DNA of 42,974 nt from a virus (IMGVR_UViG_3300022177_000066:1-42974), one strand, 5' to 3'. Positions 17,538 to 26,612 are shown, numbered from the stretch's first letter. Numbers and translations are program-made. Notes: generated by a model not told the origin, from the letters alone.

Positions 17538-17920
17538 ATCTCATCAACCCTCATCATCGAGTAGAATCCGCCACCGGATGACTTAAACACATCCAGTAAG
17601 CCCACAGTCCTCATATCCTCGATTATGTCATTGTATGCTCCCGCCTCTATAGCTGCTGCTATCTTTCTTCTCATCTCGCTGGCCACGGAAATCCAGTATT
17701 CACGATTGGATGGCTTCTTAAGTCCTCCTGGAAGCTCTATGCTGTCCACTCTGCTTTTCGCTATCAGACCCTCATATACCGCGAGGTCCTGAGCATTAAG
17801 GTTGCTTTCCAAGAGCAATTCTATCTGTGCATCAGTAAAGAAAGGCCACTTGTCCTCCAACAGCTTAAATTTGATATATGCAATAGCCTTAATCTTTTGA
17901 TCCTCTGTTAAGATTCGCAC
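17534..17920 (-). CDS. Putative head-tail connector protein
   Basis: Synteny; PFFTDAQIELLL...AVYEGLIAKS, PSNREYW. Confidence 0.55.
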   Translation of the reverse strand: MRILTEDQKIKAIAYIKFKLLEDKWPFFTDAQIELLLESNLNAQDLAVYEGLIAKSRVDSIELPGGLKKPSNREYWISVASEMRRKIAAAIEAGAYNDIIEDMRTVGLLDVFKSSGGGFYSMMRVDEI

Positions 17921-18066
17921 TCAGCATCATCTGCCTTTTTAGTTGTTTTCTTTGTAGCCACTTTCTTTTCTTCTTGCTCAACTGCGTAAAAACCAAGAGG
18001 CTCATAGATTTCTCTATAAGCCCCCTTTGACACCTCTATTGTATTATTTCCATCAGTATATTTCAT
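17908..18066 (-). CDS. Small hypothetical protein (52 aa, MKYTDGNNTIEVSKGAY...), not in ORF track
   Basis: RBS AGGAGG, ATG 18066, TAA 17908-17910; typical post-capsid small gene. Confidence 0.7.
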   Translation of the reverse strand: MKYTDGNNTIEVSKGAYREIYEPLGFYAVEQEEKKVATKKTTKKADDAECES

Positions 18067-18078
18067 CTATAGAACCTC

Positions 18079-19113
18079 CTACGCCACATCAGCTATGAAT
18101 ACTTCGTCTATCCTCTCAAAAGATGGCAGTGTTATCATAGTGGCCTTAGTTTCGACATTCACAGGGTCAGTGTGTTTTATGGTAGTAAGCGCTATTCCCG
18201 TTTCTACGATTGAAACTATAGCATCAGTGCCAGACATAAGATCTGACTCCTCAGGAGTAGTTCCAAACCAAGTTTTGCCCAGATTTCCTTCAGGGAACAG
18301 CGTGAATGTATCATCTGGGAAATAATTCTTTTGAGTTCCGGTTTCATCTATGAATTTCTTCGAGTTTATGGCTACTTTGAGGCCTATCTTCGCCATTAGG
18401 TATTGCTCCAGCATGGAATCAGTGAGTATTATATTGTCACCGCTAGTTGCGTTCATATCCATCTTTATGGCTTTGTTGCCAAGCAGATATGACCATGTCT
18501 TTCTAGTGCATGTGGCCCTAACAGGTCTGACACCAGTATCGCCTTCAACCTTGTCCATCCAGCCCAGTATGTCTGCTATTGGATTAGACTCTGTAAGGTT
18601 GCTCCATACGGTAGATGCATTGCCCTTATGCTCTGCAGGCATTTTGTAGTCGTAGTTAAGCGCTACACCATTAGCCGATATAGCAATCATTCCCGTAGAA
18701 AGTAGCTGCATCCTCATTCTTTCTGCTTGGGCCTTTGCGCCTTCCACAAGAGTCATTTTATCGTCAAATATCTTGTTGACTATCATGTCGATATAGCTTT
18801 GATTGCCAGAGTTCATTACCTTGTTGAGTTCCTGCCTGTCTTTCTCCTTGACGAGCATCCCCTCTTTGAAGAAAGGCATTTCAGTCTCAACCTTGCTAAA
18901 GCCCACTCTGTCTCTGAGTGCTGCTTTGGTATCGAATGCTGCAGGCTTCAATACTGCAGGAAGACCTTTCGAACCCTTTATCCATGATAAATCTAGTCCC
19001 ATCTGCTTTGAATTCGGGAAAAGAGTCTGTCCAAGATATGGAGGTTGCCCCTGCCCTAGCGCAGTGTAGTAACTCGCTATTTCTTTTGCTGTTACGATAT
19101 CAAATATATTCAT
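18079..19113 (-). CDS. Major capsid protein (lambda gpE-like family)
   Basis: YLGQTLFP..KQMGLDLSWIKG, EMPFFKE, LGKTWFGTTPEE, DPVNVETKA. Confidence 0.9.
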   Translation of the reverse strand: MNIFDIVTAKEIASYYTALGQGQPPYLGQTLFPNSKQMGLDLSWIKGSKGLPAVLKPAAFDTKAALRDRVGFSKVETEMPFFKEGMLVKEKDRQELNKVMNSGNQSYIDMIVNKIFDDKMTLVEGAKAQAERMRMQLLSTGMIAISANGVALNYDYKMPAEHKGNASTVWSNLTESNPIADILGWMDKVEGDTGVRPVRATCTRKTWSYLLGNKAIKMDMNATSGDNIILTDSMLEQYLMAKIGLKVAINSKKFIDETGTQKNYFPDDTFTLFPEGNLGKTWFGTTPEESDLMSGTDAIVSIVETGIALTTIKHTDPVNVETKATMITLPSFERIDEVFIADVA

Positions 19114-19128
19114 TATTCATTCCCCTTT

Positions 19129-19506
19129 CTATTTCATGAATTTTATTAGTGTGAGAACTGCTGTAGCTTCTGCCACAGGTGCTTCTGGCAGCTTGTTTAA
19201 GTCTATGAAACCATGAATAACCATAGAACCTTCCTTCGCCCCATAAGTTACATCAACATCATAGAGCAGTACCCCCTCTGCAGTTGCTCCCAGCAGTGCA
19301 GTGTTCTTGGACACAACCGGTTCGGTTGGATTTGCAAGGACAGCCTTAGTAGAGCCTCCTACCACAGTCCCTGCCGGAACTATTTTCTTTCCGTCTGAGT
19401 TGGCAACAACTCCGCTATCCGAAACCATTACATTTATACCTATAAAATCTGTGAATTTCAGTATTTCTTTGTTAGAGCTATAGCTGTTTACAACAAATTT
19501 ACTCAT
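19129..19506 (-). CDS. Head decoration protein-like
   Basis: DGKKIVPAGT, GVLLYDVDVTYG..HGFID..KLP; between scaffold and capsid. Confidence 0.7.
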   Translation of the reverse strand: MSKFVVNSYSSNKEILKFTDFIGINVMVSDSGVVANSDGKKIVPAGTVVGGSTKAVLANPTEPVVSKNTALLGATAEGVLLYDVDVTYGAKEGSMVIHGFIDLNKLPEAPVAEATAVLTLIKFMK

Positions 19507-19521
19507 TTGATTTCCTCCTTG

Positions 19522-20115
19522 TTATTTGAAATATGGGTTCTCTGTAGCCTGTGATTGCTGATTCTGCTTTGCAAGTCTTTCGCCCAAGCTTTCTTTTCCA
19601 TCGCCTTGGCCTTTCCTTCCGAAATTACCTGCCCCGCCTGTTCCACCGGAGCTTTCAGCATCAAACAGATATGAGTCAGATTCTTTAAGCTTGGATATCT
19701 GCTCGTCAAGGCCTGTCAGCTTATCCCCATCAAGCTTGATGCCTTCAAGATCAAGCAGCGCTTTTACAGCTTTGGTGTTCTTGACTTTTCCATACTTCAA
19801 AGCACTTTCGAGTGCAAAAGAAAAAGACTGGTCGGCTATCTTCTTTTCATAGTCCGCTACAGTCTTAGTATTAGCACCTTCAAGCTCCTTGATTTTGTTT
19901 AATAGTTTCTCGTTACCCTGGGCTTTTCCTTTGAGTTCTTCAAGCTGGGTAGTCCTTTCATCGAGCATCTTCTTGTATTCCTTTTTCTGGTCGTTGACCT
20001 CGTCGAAGCGTTCTTTTGGCACATAACCTTTATAGTTTGCCTCAACGCCAACCTTTATTTCCTCAAATTTGTCTGCAAGCCCCAATTTCTCAAGTAATTC
20101 TTTAAGCCAATTCAT
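19522..20115 (-). CDS. Capsid scaffolding protein (Phage GP20-like)
   Basis: YVPKERFDEVN, coiled coil, KNTKAVKALLD..GLDEQI..LKESDSYLF. Confidence 0.88.
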   Translation of the reverse strand: MNWLKELLEKLGLADKFEEIKVGVEANYKGYVPKERFDEVNDQKKEYKKMLDERTTQLEELKGKAQGNEKLLNKIKELEGANTKTVADYEKKIADQSFSFALESALKYGKVKNTKAVKALLDLEGIKLDGDKLTGLDEQISKLKESDSYLFDAESSGGTGGAGNFGRKGQGDGKESLGERLAKQNQQSQATENPYFK

Positions 20116-20140
20116 TTCATTACCTCCAATAGTCTATTTT

Positions 20141-20207
20141 CACTTTTTAACGTGCTAGTGTACCACGATAGAATACTTCTCTTTTACGCCTGAACTTTTA
20201 GAAGGCG
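20141..20207 (-). ncRNA. Tandem hairpin/pseudoknot leader of scaffold gene (GP20-type cis RNA motif candidate)
   Basis: CGCCT/AGGCG with loop TTCT able to pair downstream AGAA; CGTG/CACG with loop CACT able to pair downstream AGTG; A-rich linkers. Confidence 0.5.
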
Positions 20208-20209
20208 AT

Positions 20210-20238
20210 AAAAAAGACACCTTCATTCGAAAGTGCCT
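20210..20238 (-). terminator. Terminator-like hairpin after the MuF/immunity pair
   Basis: GGCACTTTC-gaat-GAAGGTGTC followed by TTTTTT. Confidence 0.7.
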
Positions 20239-20507
20239 TATTCTCCCACATGCCACCACCAATTTTCTTTTGGCTCTTTGTGAGTTTTATATTCAATTTT
20301 CATCAGATGTTCATGGGCTAATTTGCCTTTTGATTTAAGCTCATTGTCTGCTTCCTCGACCTTGCGAAGCTCTCCACTGTTCAACTCTGATATGATTTTT
20401 TCAAGCTCATCCCTAACCATCAAAGTGTCTACAAGTTCAAATGGGCTTACTTTTTCAAAGTCTTTAATCCCTCCGATGTACGAAATTACTTCTCGCCTTA
20501 TTTCCAC
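20238..20507 (-). CDS. Candidate immunity protein for MuF toxin
   Basis: 89 aa helical, ends PKENWWWH; starts 1 nt after the MuF stop. Confidence 0.55.
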   Translation of the reverse strand: MEIRREVISYIGGIKDFEKVSPFELVDTLMVRDELEKIISELNSGELRKVEEADNELKSKGKLAHEHLMKIEYKTHKEPKENWWWHVGE

Positions 20508-20508
20508 A

Positions 20509-22011
20509 TCAATACATCTCCTTTAGCTTGCCAAGCAACTCATATCCCTTTCCCTTATTCACATAGTTATCGAATTTTTCGGGAGGGAATGCTGTTTCCA
20601 TAGTTCCTTCCTGAGACATCATTACTATCCACTCGCCATCACTGAAAACAACGTACTTATCAAGATATCTATACACATCGGCTTCCTTGTTATCAATGAT
20701 ACCCAGTATTTTGTCATTGTAATCCTGGGCTGTCCAGTTATCTGGTATGTGTTTTCTTATCCTTCTTGTGGATACGTGTTGCTCTAGCTTACCACTCTTC
20801 CATTTAGGTCCTTCAGCTAAAGTCTTTTCTCTAGCCACTATAATCCTATTCTTTTCTGTGTTCAACTCAGACCATGGCATATCAAAGTAGCTGTCTTTAA
20901 AGACACCCGCTTTGTGCAAATAGTATTTATGCGTCCCCAGGACAGCCTTCTTGTAACTGTCGCTGCGCTTGTCAAACCAGTCTGAATAGGACTCTTTCTT
21001 TCTGAACTTGTAAATATCGCCATCCTGTTCACCAAATCCTGCAAACTCTCTGCCGAATTCGCCATACCATGCATCCAGCGTTGGATTGCTTTCGCCTCTT
21101 ACCCACCGTCCGAGCTCTTCGCCTATCTCGTCAAAGTCCTTGGGTATGTATGCTGCCTGCGTGCATAGGCACATCGGATGTGGAAGTGGCACCTTATCTA
21201 CCGGGAATACTCCTGCACCTAATCCTTCGTCATGCTTTGCGTACTCGTCGCAAACATCGGGGCCGAAGGGTTTTATCTGTCTCTCGTAATGAGAGTTTGA
21301 CAGCATCCACTCTACACCCTCGACAAATGGGTTCTTGGCATAGCTTTTCATGTTGGCGTTAAAAAAGGCATGGTTGATACTCGTTCTCGCCATCCTCTGG
21401 GCATTGTAGTCTATCTGCTTTCTAGTGTTCGGGTAGACATTCGACCACTCCCAATCCTTCTTGGCTTCTGGATCCAGATACACCTCAAGATCTTTTGCTA
21501 AGTCGTAAGCTGATTTCTTCTCTGCTATGCCTCTAGCTATGATGTAATCTATGTCCTTTTCCATGCCCTTTGTGTCTGCCCATATCCTCTCTGACAGGCC
21601 CATGCGGTCCTTGTACATATTGCCCGAGAGTATTTCGTTCATGGCGTCTTTTGGCACTTTCGAAAAAGCATTTCTGAATGTTTCGCCTAGTCCGAGGCTG
21701 TACTTTGTGTCTATCTCTTCGAGGAATGATAACTGCGACTGTACTGCAGCGTTTGCTGCATCCTCTATTATCTTCTTGTTTCTTGCGTAAAGCTGTTTTC
21801 TGACTTCCCTGAGCTCTGCATCTATTGCTTTCTTGTAGTCGAGCATGAAGCGCTCAGTTAGACTTGCCCTTTTTGCGCCCACAGCTTTCCTCTCAAGAGA
21901 TTTCGAAACATCCTTGAAGATTTCTTTTATCTCATTACGAATCGCCCTTGTGAGCCTTATTTTTTCGCTCTGGGCTTGTTTCATAAGTTCCTTGTATCTG
22001 TTGCTGGCCAT
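20509..22011 (-). CDS. MuF / minor head protein with C-terminal toxin-like extension
   Basis: After portal; LSERIW, AQRMARTSINHA, DVCDEYA, PLPHPMCLC, SYSDWF..VLG; extra ~105 aa C-terminal domain. Confidence 0.8.
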   Translation of the reverse strand: MASNRYKELMKQAQSEKIRLTRAIRNEIKEIFKDVSKSLERKAVGAKRASLTERFMLDYKKAIDAELREVRKQLYARNKKIIEDAANAAVQSQLSFLEEIDTKYSLGLGETFRNAFSKVPKDAMNEILSGNMYKDRMGLSERIWADTKGMEKDIDYIIARGIAEKKSAYDLAKDLEVYLDPEAKKDWEWSNVYPNTRKQIDYNAQRMARTSINHAFFNANMKSYAKNPFVEGVEWMLSNSHYERQIKPFGPDVCDEYAKHDEGLGAGVFPVDKVPLPHPMCLCTQAAYIPKDFDEIGEELGRWVRGESNPTLDAWYGEFGREFAGFGEQDGDIYKFRKKESYSDWFDKRSDSYKKAVLGTHKYYLHKAGVFKDSYFDMPWSELNTEKNRIIVAREKTLAEGPKWKSGKLEQHVSTRRIRKHIPDNWTAQDYNDKILGIIDNKEADVYRYLDKYVVFSDGEWIVMMSQEGTMETAFPPEKFDNYVNKGKGYELLGKLKEMY

Positions 22012-23411
22012 TACTCACCAGCTCCCTCGTCAAGTCCTTTCATGTACGAATCTTCCAGAAGGTTCTTCTCGAGCGCTATCTGCTTGAGCTCCTCATCCAC
22101 TTGCGCATCGTCCATGGCTGGATTCCATTTCTTCAGGTATGTTTTTCTGCTCATAGCCTGCGTATTGATTGATTGCATGTCGAGAAGTTTTTCGTCCTGC
22201 TCATCCTCAAGCAATGGATATATGTTCTCTACTTGGATAGCCATGTCCGGCAACTCCGGCAGGCTTTCGAGATTGTAGGCTTTCGTCATTTCGATGATTG
22301 CCCACACCATCCACTCAAGCGCCGGCCTCCAAGAAGTGTACTTCTCCTCACACCTCGTCACAAGTTGCCAATACAGTGCCTTCATGGATTTGCCTGAGGT
22401 CATTACACCCTTGAGCTCGTCAAGGTTAAGCCTCGGCACATTTAGCACCTCATGCATTTCTGTGACTGCTCTGGACAATGTCTTTTCCAGTTTGTCGCCA
22501 TAGCTGAACTGGCTTTCCAGCTTCTTCATGTCTACGTTGCCATTTGCCTCGATTGCCTGCTGAAGGTCTATGAGCGCCCCTGGAGCTATCTTGATATACT
22601 TTAGGCTGTCCTCTGAAGCGTTTGTTGCTACAGTCTGCGGGAACATGTTGAACCTAAGAGCATCCACATCGTCGCTAGAGAGCCTATTGAACGCCTTCTG
22701 GTTGTCCATAAGCTCTGCGACATCGGATTCGCCCTTGAGGTCTCCGGTGAGACCGTCGTTAAGAATAACATAAGCCGGGATGAATGAAAGGCCTGTATCG
22801 TAGTCCGCGAATCTCTCCTCTACCGCCCTGCCGTAACCGTCATATATGCCCTCATTGAGTATGCACCTTGCATTGTCCATGTGGTATCTTTGCTTCCAGA
22901 TGCGCTGCTTGCTCTTGTCCTCTGTCTGGTTCATCTGATAGAAGAACACTATAGACTGAAGCTCATCGACATCCTCATCCTGAGGCTCGAACACAAATTC
23001 AAGGCTAGGCTTGAAATGAACTCTTATTGGCTGGCCTGCTCCTCCCGAGAGCTTTAGCGCAACTCTTTTTCCCACAAAGCAGTCTCTTGCACCTTTAACA
23101 AGCTTATCCGAAAACAATCCGTCCTTGAGAACCTTATTTACATACTCCTGCACTACCTGTGCACCTTCCTCGTTTTCTGATACTATCTTGAATTCAGGAG
23201 TTTTCCCAAAGAGGAAGCGAGCTTCTTCCTTGATAAGCTTCTTGGTCCAGTTCGTTTTCTTTTTCGTTGGCTTATAGTCAAGGTCTACCGGGATAGTCCA
23301 ATCTTGTCCTTTGCCCTCGTAGAATTCGTATAGCGAAATTATCTCACTCATATCTCGCAAGACTTCATCTCCATAAAGCCCTTCGAGCTCCTGTCTTATT
23401 ATTTCTATCAC
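22011..23411 (-). CDS. Portal protein (SPP1 gp6-like)
   Basis: LYEFYEG, EARFLFGKTP, FIPAYVILNDGLTGDLKGESD, SGKSMKALYW; GTG start overlaps the terminase stop. Confidence 0.88.
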   Translation of the reverse strand: MIEIIRQELEGLYGDEVLRDMSEIISLYEFYEGKGQDWTIPVDLDYKPTKKKTNWTKKLIKEEARFLFGKTPEFKIVSENEEGAQVVQEYVNKVLKDGLFSDKLVKGARDCFVGKRVALKLSGGAGQPIRVHFKPSLEFVFEPQDEDVDELQSIVFFYQMNQTEDKSKQRIWKQRYHMDNARCILNEGIYDGYGRAVEERFADYDTGLSFIPAYVILNDGLTGDLKGESDVAELMDNQKAFNRLSSDDVDALRFNMFPQTVATNASEDSLKYIKIAPGALIDLQQAIEANGNVDMKKLESQFSYGDKLEKTLSRAVTEMHEVLNVPRLNLDELKGVMTSGKSMKALYWQLVTRCEEKYTSWRPALEWMVWAIIEMTKAYNLESLPELPDMAIQVENIYPLLEDEQDEKLLDMQSINTQAMSRKTYLKKWNPAMDDAQVDEELKQIALEKNLLEDSYMKGLDEGAGE

Positions 23412-24691
23412 TATCTCGCCCCCTTTCCTGAGTAGTTTCTCATTGCTCTTGGTATTCTGATTATTGTATAGCAAAAATACCGATCAGAGTCGAGGCAGTG
23501 GTCGTTTTCTTTGACCGGCTTGTCCTCTCCTCGCTCAGCTGCCTTTGAGTCCCATATGTAAGAGCTGAACTCTTTGAATGTCTCCTGGCAGCAATCGTTG
23601 AATTTTATAAGTTCTTTTGTAAGAAGCGCCGCCATGAATCTGATGCCGTCCAAGACATCATTTTGGGCCTTTTGAACCTTAATCTTTCGTTTCCTGAGCT
23701 CCGCTATGAATGAAGCTGCCGAAGGATCTATTATGACAGCCTTGACCGCCAGGGTTCCTATGAAAGACTCAAGATCATCGGCAAACTCACTGTCTGTCTT
23801 TTGCTTGCCCTCATCCCTGCCCGAGTAATGGTATTCTTTCACCTTATACCATATACCGCTGCAAAGGCCCCACAAGCCGAATGTTGTAGGGTTTTGCGTT
23901 CCGTAGTCTATTGCCACATAATATTGCGTGTATGCCCTGTCAACTGTCGGCACAACGTGCTTCTCCTTCGAGAACATGTCATATATGATGCCCTCTGCAA
24001 CAACCCAAAGGCCTAGTATATACCGCTGGAAAAATACCCCCGAATACATCCTTCGGTATCTCTCTTTGATTTTCTCTGAGAGCGACAGGTTATCGTCCAT
24101 CGTGAAATGTAGGTAGAGTATGTTCTTCTCATGCGCCCTGTCTATCCAGTTGAGCTTGAACCAGTGATAAGGCCCTTCGGGGTTACAGTTGAAAAACCAC
24201 TTCGAACCTTCCACAGAACAACGGCCTGTAGCCTGGTTGACGAAGCTTTCAGGCATTAGCACTACCTCGTCGAAGAAGCAGCCAGCTAATGTTATACCCT
24301 GTATAAGGTCCTGCGACCTTTCATCCTTACCGCCAAAAATATAGAAGAAATTGCTTTTGCCGCCTTTACTTATAATCACAAGATTGTCCGCACGTTTATC
24401 CTGGACTTTGTATCCTCTGGATCTAAGCATGAGCTTGAGCCAGAACAGGACGTTCCTTCTAAATGACCCTATCGTCTTTCCGCACATCCCGAAGTTTTGC
24501 TGCTCGAACTCCTCCATCGCCCACATGACGAATGAAAGCGACATCGAAAGGGTCTTTCCGGAACGTATGGCACCGTCGGCTATTATGCCGTCCATATGGC
24601 TCACAGGCGATTCGCCCATCCACCAGGTCAGTATTTTCTTTTGCTTTCTGCTGAACGGCTTAAACTTGAATACTGCCTTCCTAAGCTTCAT
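23411..24691 (-). CDS. terL: Terminase large subunit, PBSX family
   Basis: Walker A DGAIRSGKT, Walker B FFDEV, NCNPEGP, nuclease IDYGTQNP, DHCLDSDRY. Confidence 0.95.
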   Translation of the reverse strand: MKLRKAVFKFKPFSRKQKKILTWWMGESPVSHMDGIIADGAIRSGKTLSMSLSFVMWAMEEFEQQNFGMCGKTIGSFRRNVLFWLKLMLRSRGYKVQDKRADNLVIISKGGKSNFFYIFGGKDERSQDLIQGITLAGCFFDEVVLMPESFVNQATGRCSVEGSKWFFNCNPEGPYHWFKLNWIDRAHEKNILYLHFTMDDNLSLSEKIKERYRRMYSGVFFQRYILGLWVVAEGIIYDMFSKEKHVVPTVDRAYTQYYVAIDYGTQNPTTFGLWGLCSGIWYKVKEYHYSGRDEGKQKTDSEFADDLESFIGTLAVKAVIIDPSAASFIAELRKRKIKVQKAQNDVLDGIRFMAALLTKELIKFNDCCQETFKEFSSYIWDSKAAERGEDKPVKENDHCLDSDRYFCYTIIRIPRAMRNYSGKGAR

Positions 24692-25592
24692 CGTCCCACA
24701 CCTCCGACGTTTCTGCCCTCAGTGCGTCTATGAAGCCATCATCTTCAATTTCATCTGCATCCTCTTTGAGCTTGAGTTTGTCGAGCTCCAGACGTTCCTT
24801 GGCCATGCTGAGCTTCTCTTCTTCTACCTTGCGCTTAAACTTATCTGGCAATATATCGAAGTACAGCTCCAGTTTCTCAAGAGCCTTCATCCTGTCCTCG
24901 AACTTGATTGAAACGCCGTCCTTGCCTTGCTTGACCTCTTTGATTATCGTGCCGTCAAGTGCAGCGCTTTCGTTGAAGTCGACGTAGTTGACCGTCTTCA
25001 TGACCGGATTGCCATCATCATCCACGATGGGGCCGAAAGCTCCCATGGCCTGCACTTCCTTCTGGCCGAATGTAACATAGTCGCTTATGTCTGCGAAGGC
25101 TATTGCTATATACTTTTTCAGCACATCCATTGCATCGATACGCAATTCTTCCTTCATCACATTTTTAAGTCTTGTGATTTCATCTGCAATCTTAGGATTC
25201 TTTAATAGAACGCATCCTTGAACATGAGCGCTCGCTTTCGAGTACCCCGCCTTGATGGCCGCCATTGTAGCATTGAAGCTTTTCAGGTAATACAAACAAA
25301 AAAGACGCTGATTTTCAGTGAGTTCAGCGCCCTCTATGTCATCTTCAGTTATCTTCTCTCGGAGAGTCTTTTGAGGTTCCTTTTGGGGCTTCGCTTTTCT
25401 TTTGGAACGTTCCGTATTCTTTTGGAGCGTTCCATTGATTTTGCTGTCCCATTTATCTTTGTTCTTCCAACCTCGAACCGTCCCTGGAGACAGCTTTAAT
25501 ATCTCTGCTATTTCAACTAAATCTATGTCCCCCTTGTGCTCTTGATATACCTCAAAAGCCTTATCTCTGTCTGGACTTCTCTGCCTTGCCAA
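24681..25592 (-). CDS. terS: Terminase small subunit with N-terminal HTH
   Basis: MARQRSPDRDKAF..GTVRGWKNKDKW; LTENQRLFCLYYLKSFNATMAAIKAGYS; DRMKALEKL. Confidence 0.92.
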   Translation of the reverse strand: MARQRSPDRDKAFEVYQEHKGDIDLVEIAEILKLSPGTVRGWKNKDKWDSKINGTLQKNTERSKRKAKPQKEPQKTLREKITEDDIEGAELTENQRLFCLYYLKSFNATMAAIKAGYSKASAHVQGCVLLKNPKIADEITRLKNVMKEELRIDAMDVLKKYIAIAFADISDYVTFGQKEVQAMGAFGPIVDDDGNPVMKTVNYVDFNESAALDGTIIKEVKQGKDGVSIKFEDRMKALEKLELYFDILPDKFKRKVEEEKLSMAKERLELDKLKLKEDADEIEDDGFIDALRAETSEVWDDEA

Positions 25593-25632
25593 TTACATCA
25601 CCACCACCTCGCAGTACTACGTTTTCTGCATG

Positions 25633-25654
25633 AAAAAAGAGCCCGGAGGCTCTT
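25633..25654 (-). terminator. Intrinsic terminator upstream of terS
   Basis: AGAGCC-tccg-GGCTCT followed by TTTTT. Confidence 0.75.
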
Positions 25655-25668
25655 GTATTTATTTACTG

Positions 25669-25980
25669 CTACAATATTTTCTCTGCATCTAGTCGTTGCG
25701 AAAACATCCTTCTTACTTCATAAAGGGTATTATATTCTCTTTCTAATTCTTTTGTATCTGCACCGTATGTTTCTGGTATAGAATTTACTACATTGCCTAG
25801 TTTTTGCTCTAAACCTTCAAAATCCATTTGCACAGCATCAGCAATAATGTAATCCATAAGCTGAGCTTTTAAAGATTCTTTTATTTCATTCATGCGTCTG
25901 TCTATCCTGTTTAGCAACTCATTGTAAGCTTCGATTGTCATTTCTTTTTCTGTTGTTCTTAAAACAGTATATATACTCAT
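25669..25980 (-). CDS. Moron-like hypothetical protein (103 aa)
   Basis: RBS GGAGGTG before ATG 25980; own promoter and terminator; AT-richer than flanks. Confidence 0.7.
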   Translation of the reverse strand: MSIYTVLRTTEKEMTIEAYNELLNRIDRRMNEIKESLKAQLMDYIIADAVQMDFEGLEQKLGNVVNSIPETYGADTKELEREYNTLYEVRRMFSQRLDAEKIL

Positions 25981-26004
25981 AATCTCACCTCCCTTCCCAC
26001 TCCC

Positions 26005-26058
26005 AGTATACTCCAATGGCAATTTATTTCCACAGGAACCATTCGCCATTTTTCGACA
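26005..26058 (-). promoter_or_regulatory. Promoter with tandem Spo0A-like boxes
   Basis: Minus: TGTCGAA-aaa-TGGCGAA (26058-26042), TGTGGAA (26034-26028) at the -35 position, TATACT -10. Confidence 0.55.
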
Positions 26059-26103
26059 CTGAAAAGGAGGTAGCGGGACTAAGCCCGCCTGAGTCAGGAG
26101 GAT

Positions 26104-26268
26104 TTATTTCACGCATTTCGGAAACATGCACTTAAACACCGTATCATAGTTACTCTTGAGATAATAATGCGAAAGCCACTCGCAATGTCTGCATTTGTGG
26201 TTTTCTGCAGCGCTTATCTTGCCATTTATTTGTTTCTTCTTGGTCTCAATATATTTATCAGTATTCAT
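26104..26268 (-). CDS. Small Cys-rich hypothetical protein (54 aa)
   Basis: CRHC...CMFPKC; RBS AGGTGG. Confidence 0.55.
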   Translation of the reverse strand: MNTDKYIETKKKQINGKISAAENHKCRHCEWLSHYYLKSNYDTVFKCMFPKCVK

Positions 26269-26490
26269 ATTGCACCACCTTGTCACAAATAATCGGTTTT
26301 TCTGTTTCTGCGACAGTCGCCCGGGTCTCCAGGCCGAGGATTACCGAAAACCTTATCTATCGCACTTGCTGCCCCTTTCCTCCCAGGTGTACCCACACCT
26401 ACCAATCAGCTCCACTCTTATTTAATGGCGCCTGGTACTCAGTGCAGTTTTGCACCCTGCCCCAAACTAGTGGAACGGGCATATTACTGC

Positions 26491-26566
26491 TGGCACAGGT
26501 GGCAGGATTCGAACCTGCGACACGCGGTTTTGGAGACCACTTCCCTACCGACTGGGCGACACCTGC
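26491..26566 (-). tRNA. tRNA-Trp(CCA)
   Basis: 76-nt cloverleaf: acceptor GCAGGTG/CACCTGT, anticodon loop CT-CCA-AA, T-arm GCAGG-TTCGAAT-CCTGC, encoded 3' G-CCA. Confidence 0.9.
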
Positions 26567-26612
26567 ATAATAAAGGCCCAAGTTCTCTAGGAATACCCGG
26601 GCACGATCTACC

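Noticed and set aside
20141-20170. Pistol ribozyme or preQ1 riboswitch resemblance (CGUGG...CACGUUAAA)
   Set aside because: The remaining stems and conserved core are absent; context fits a scaffold leader
26426-26482. Second tRNA (Cys-like GCA loop, CCA end)
   Set aside because: No TTC T-arm or D-arm and a poor acceptor stem; kept only as part of the structured-tract finding
26491-26566. Stop-codon reassignment or suppressor tRNA
   Set aside because: The anticodon is standard CCA and all core genes are intact under code 11
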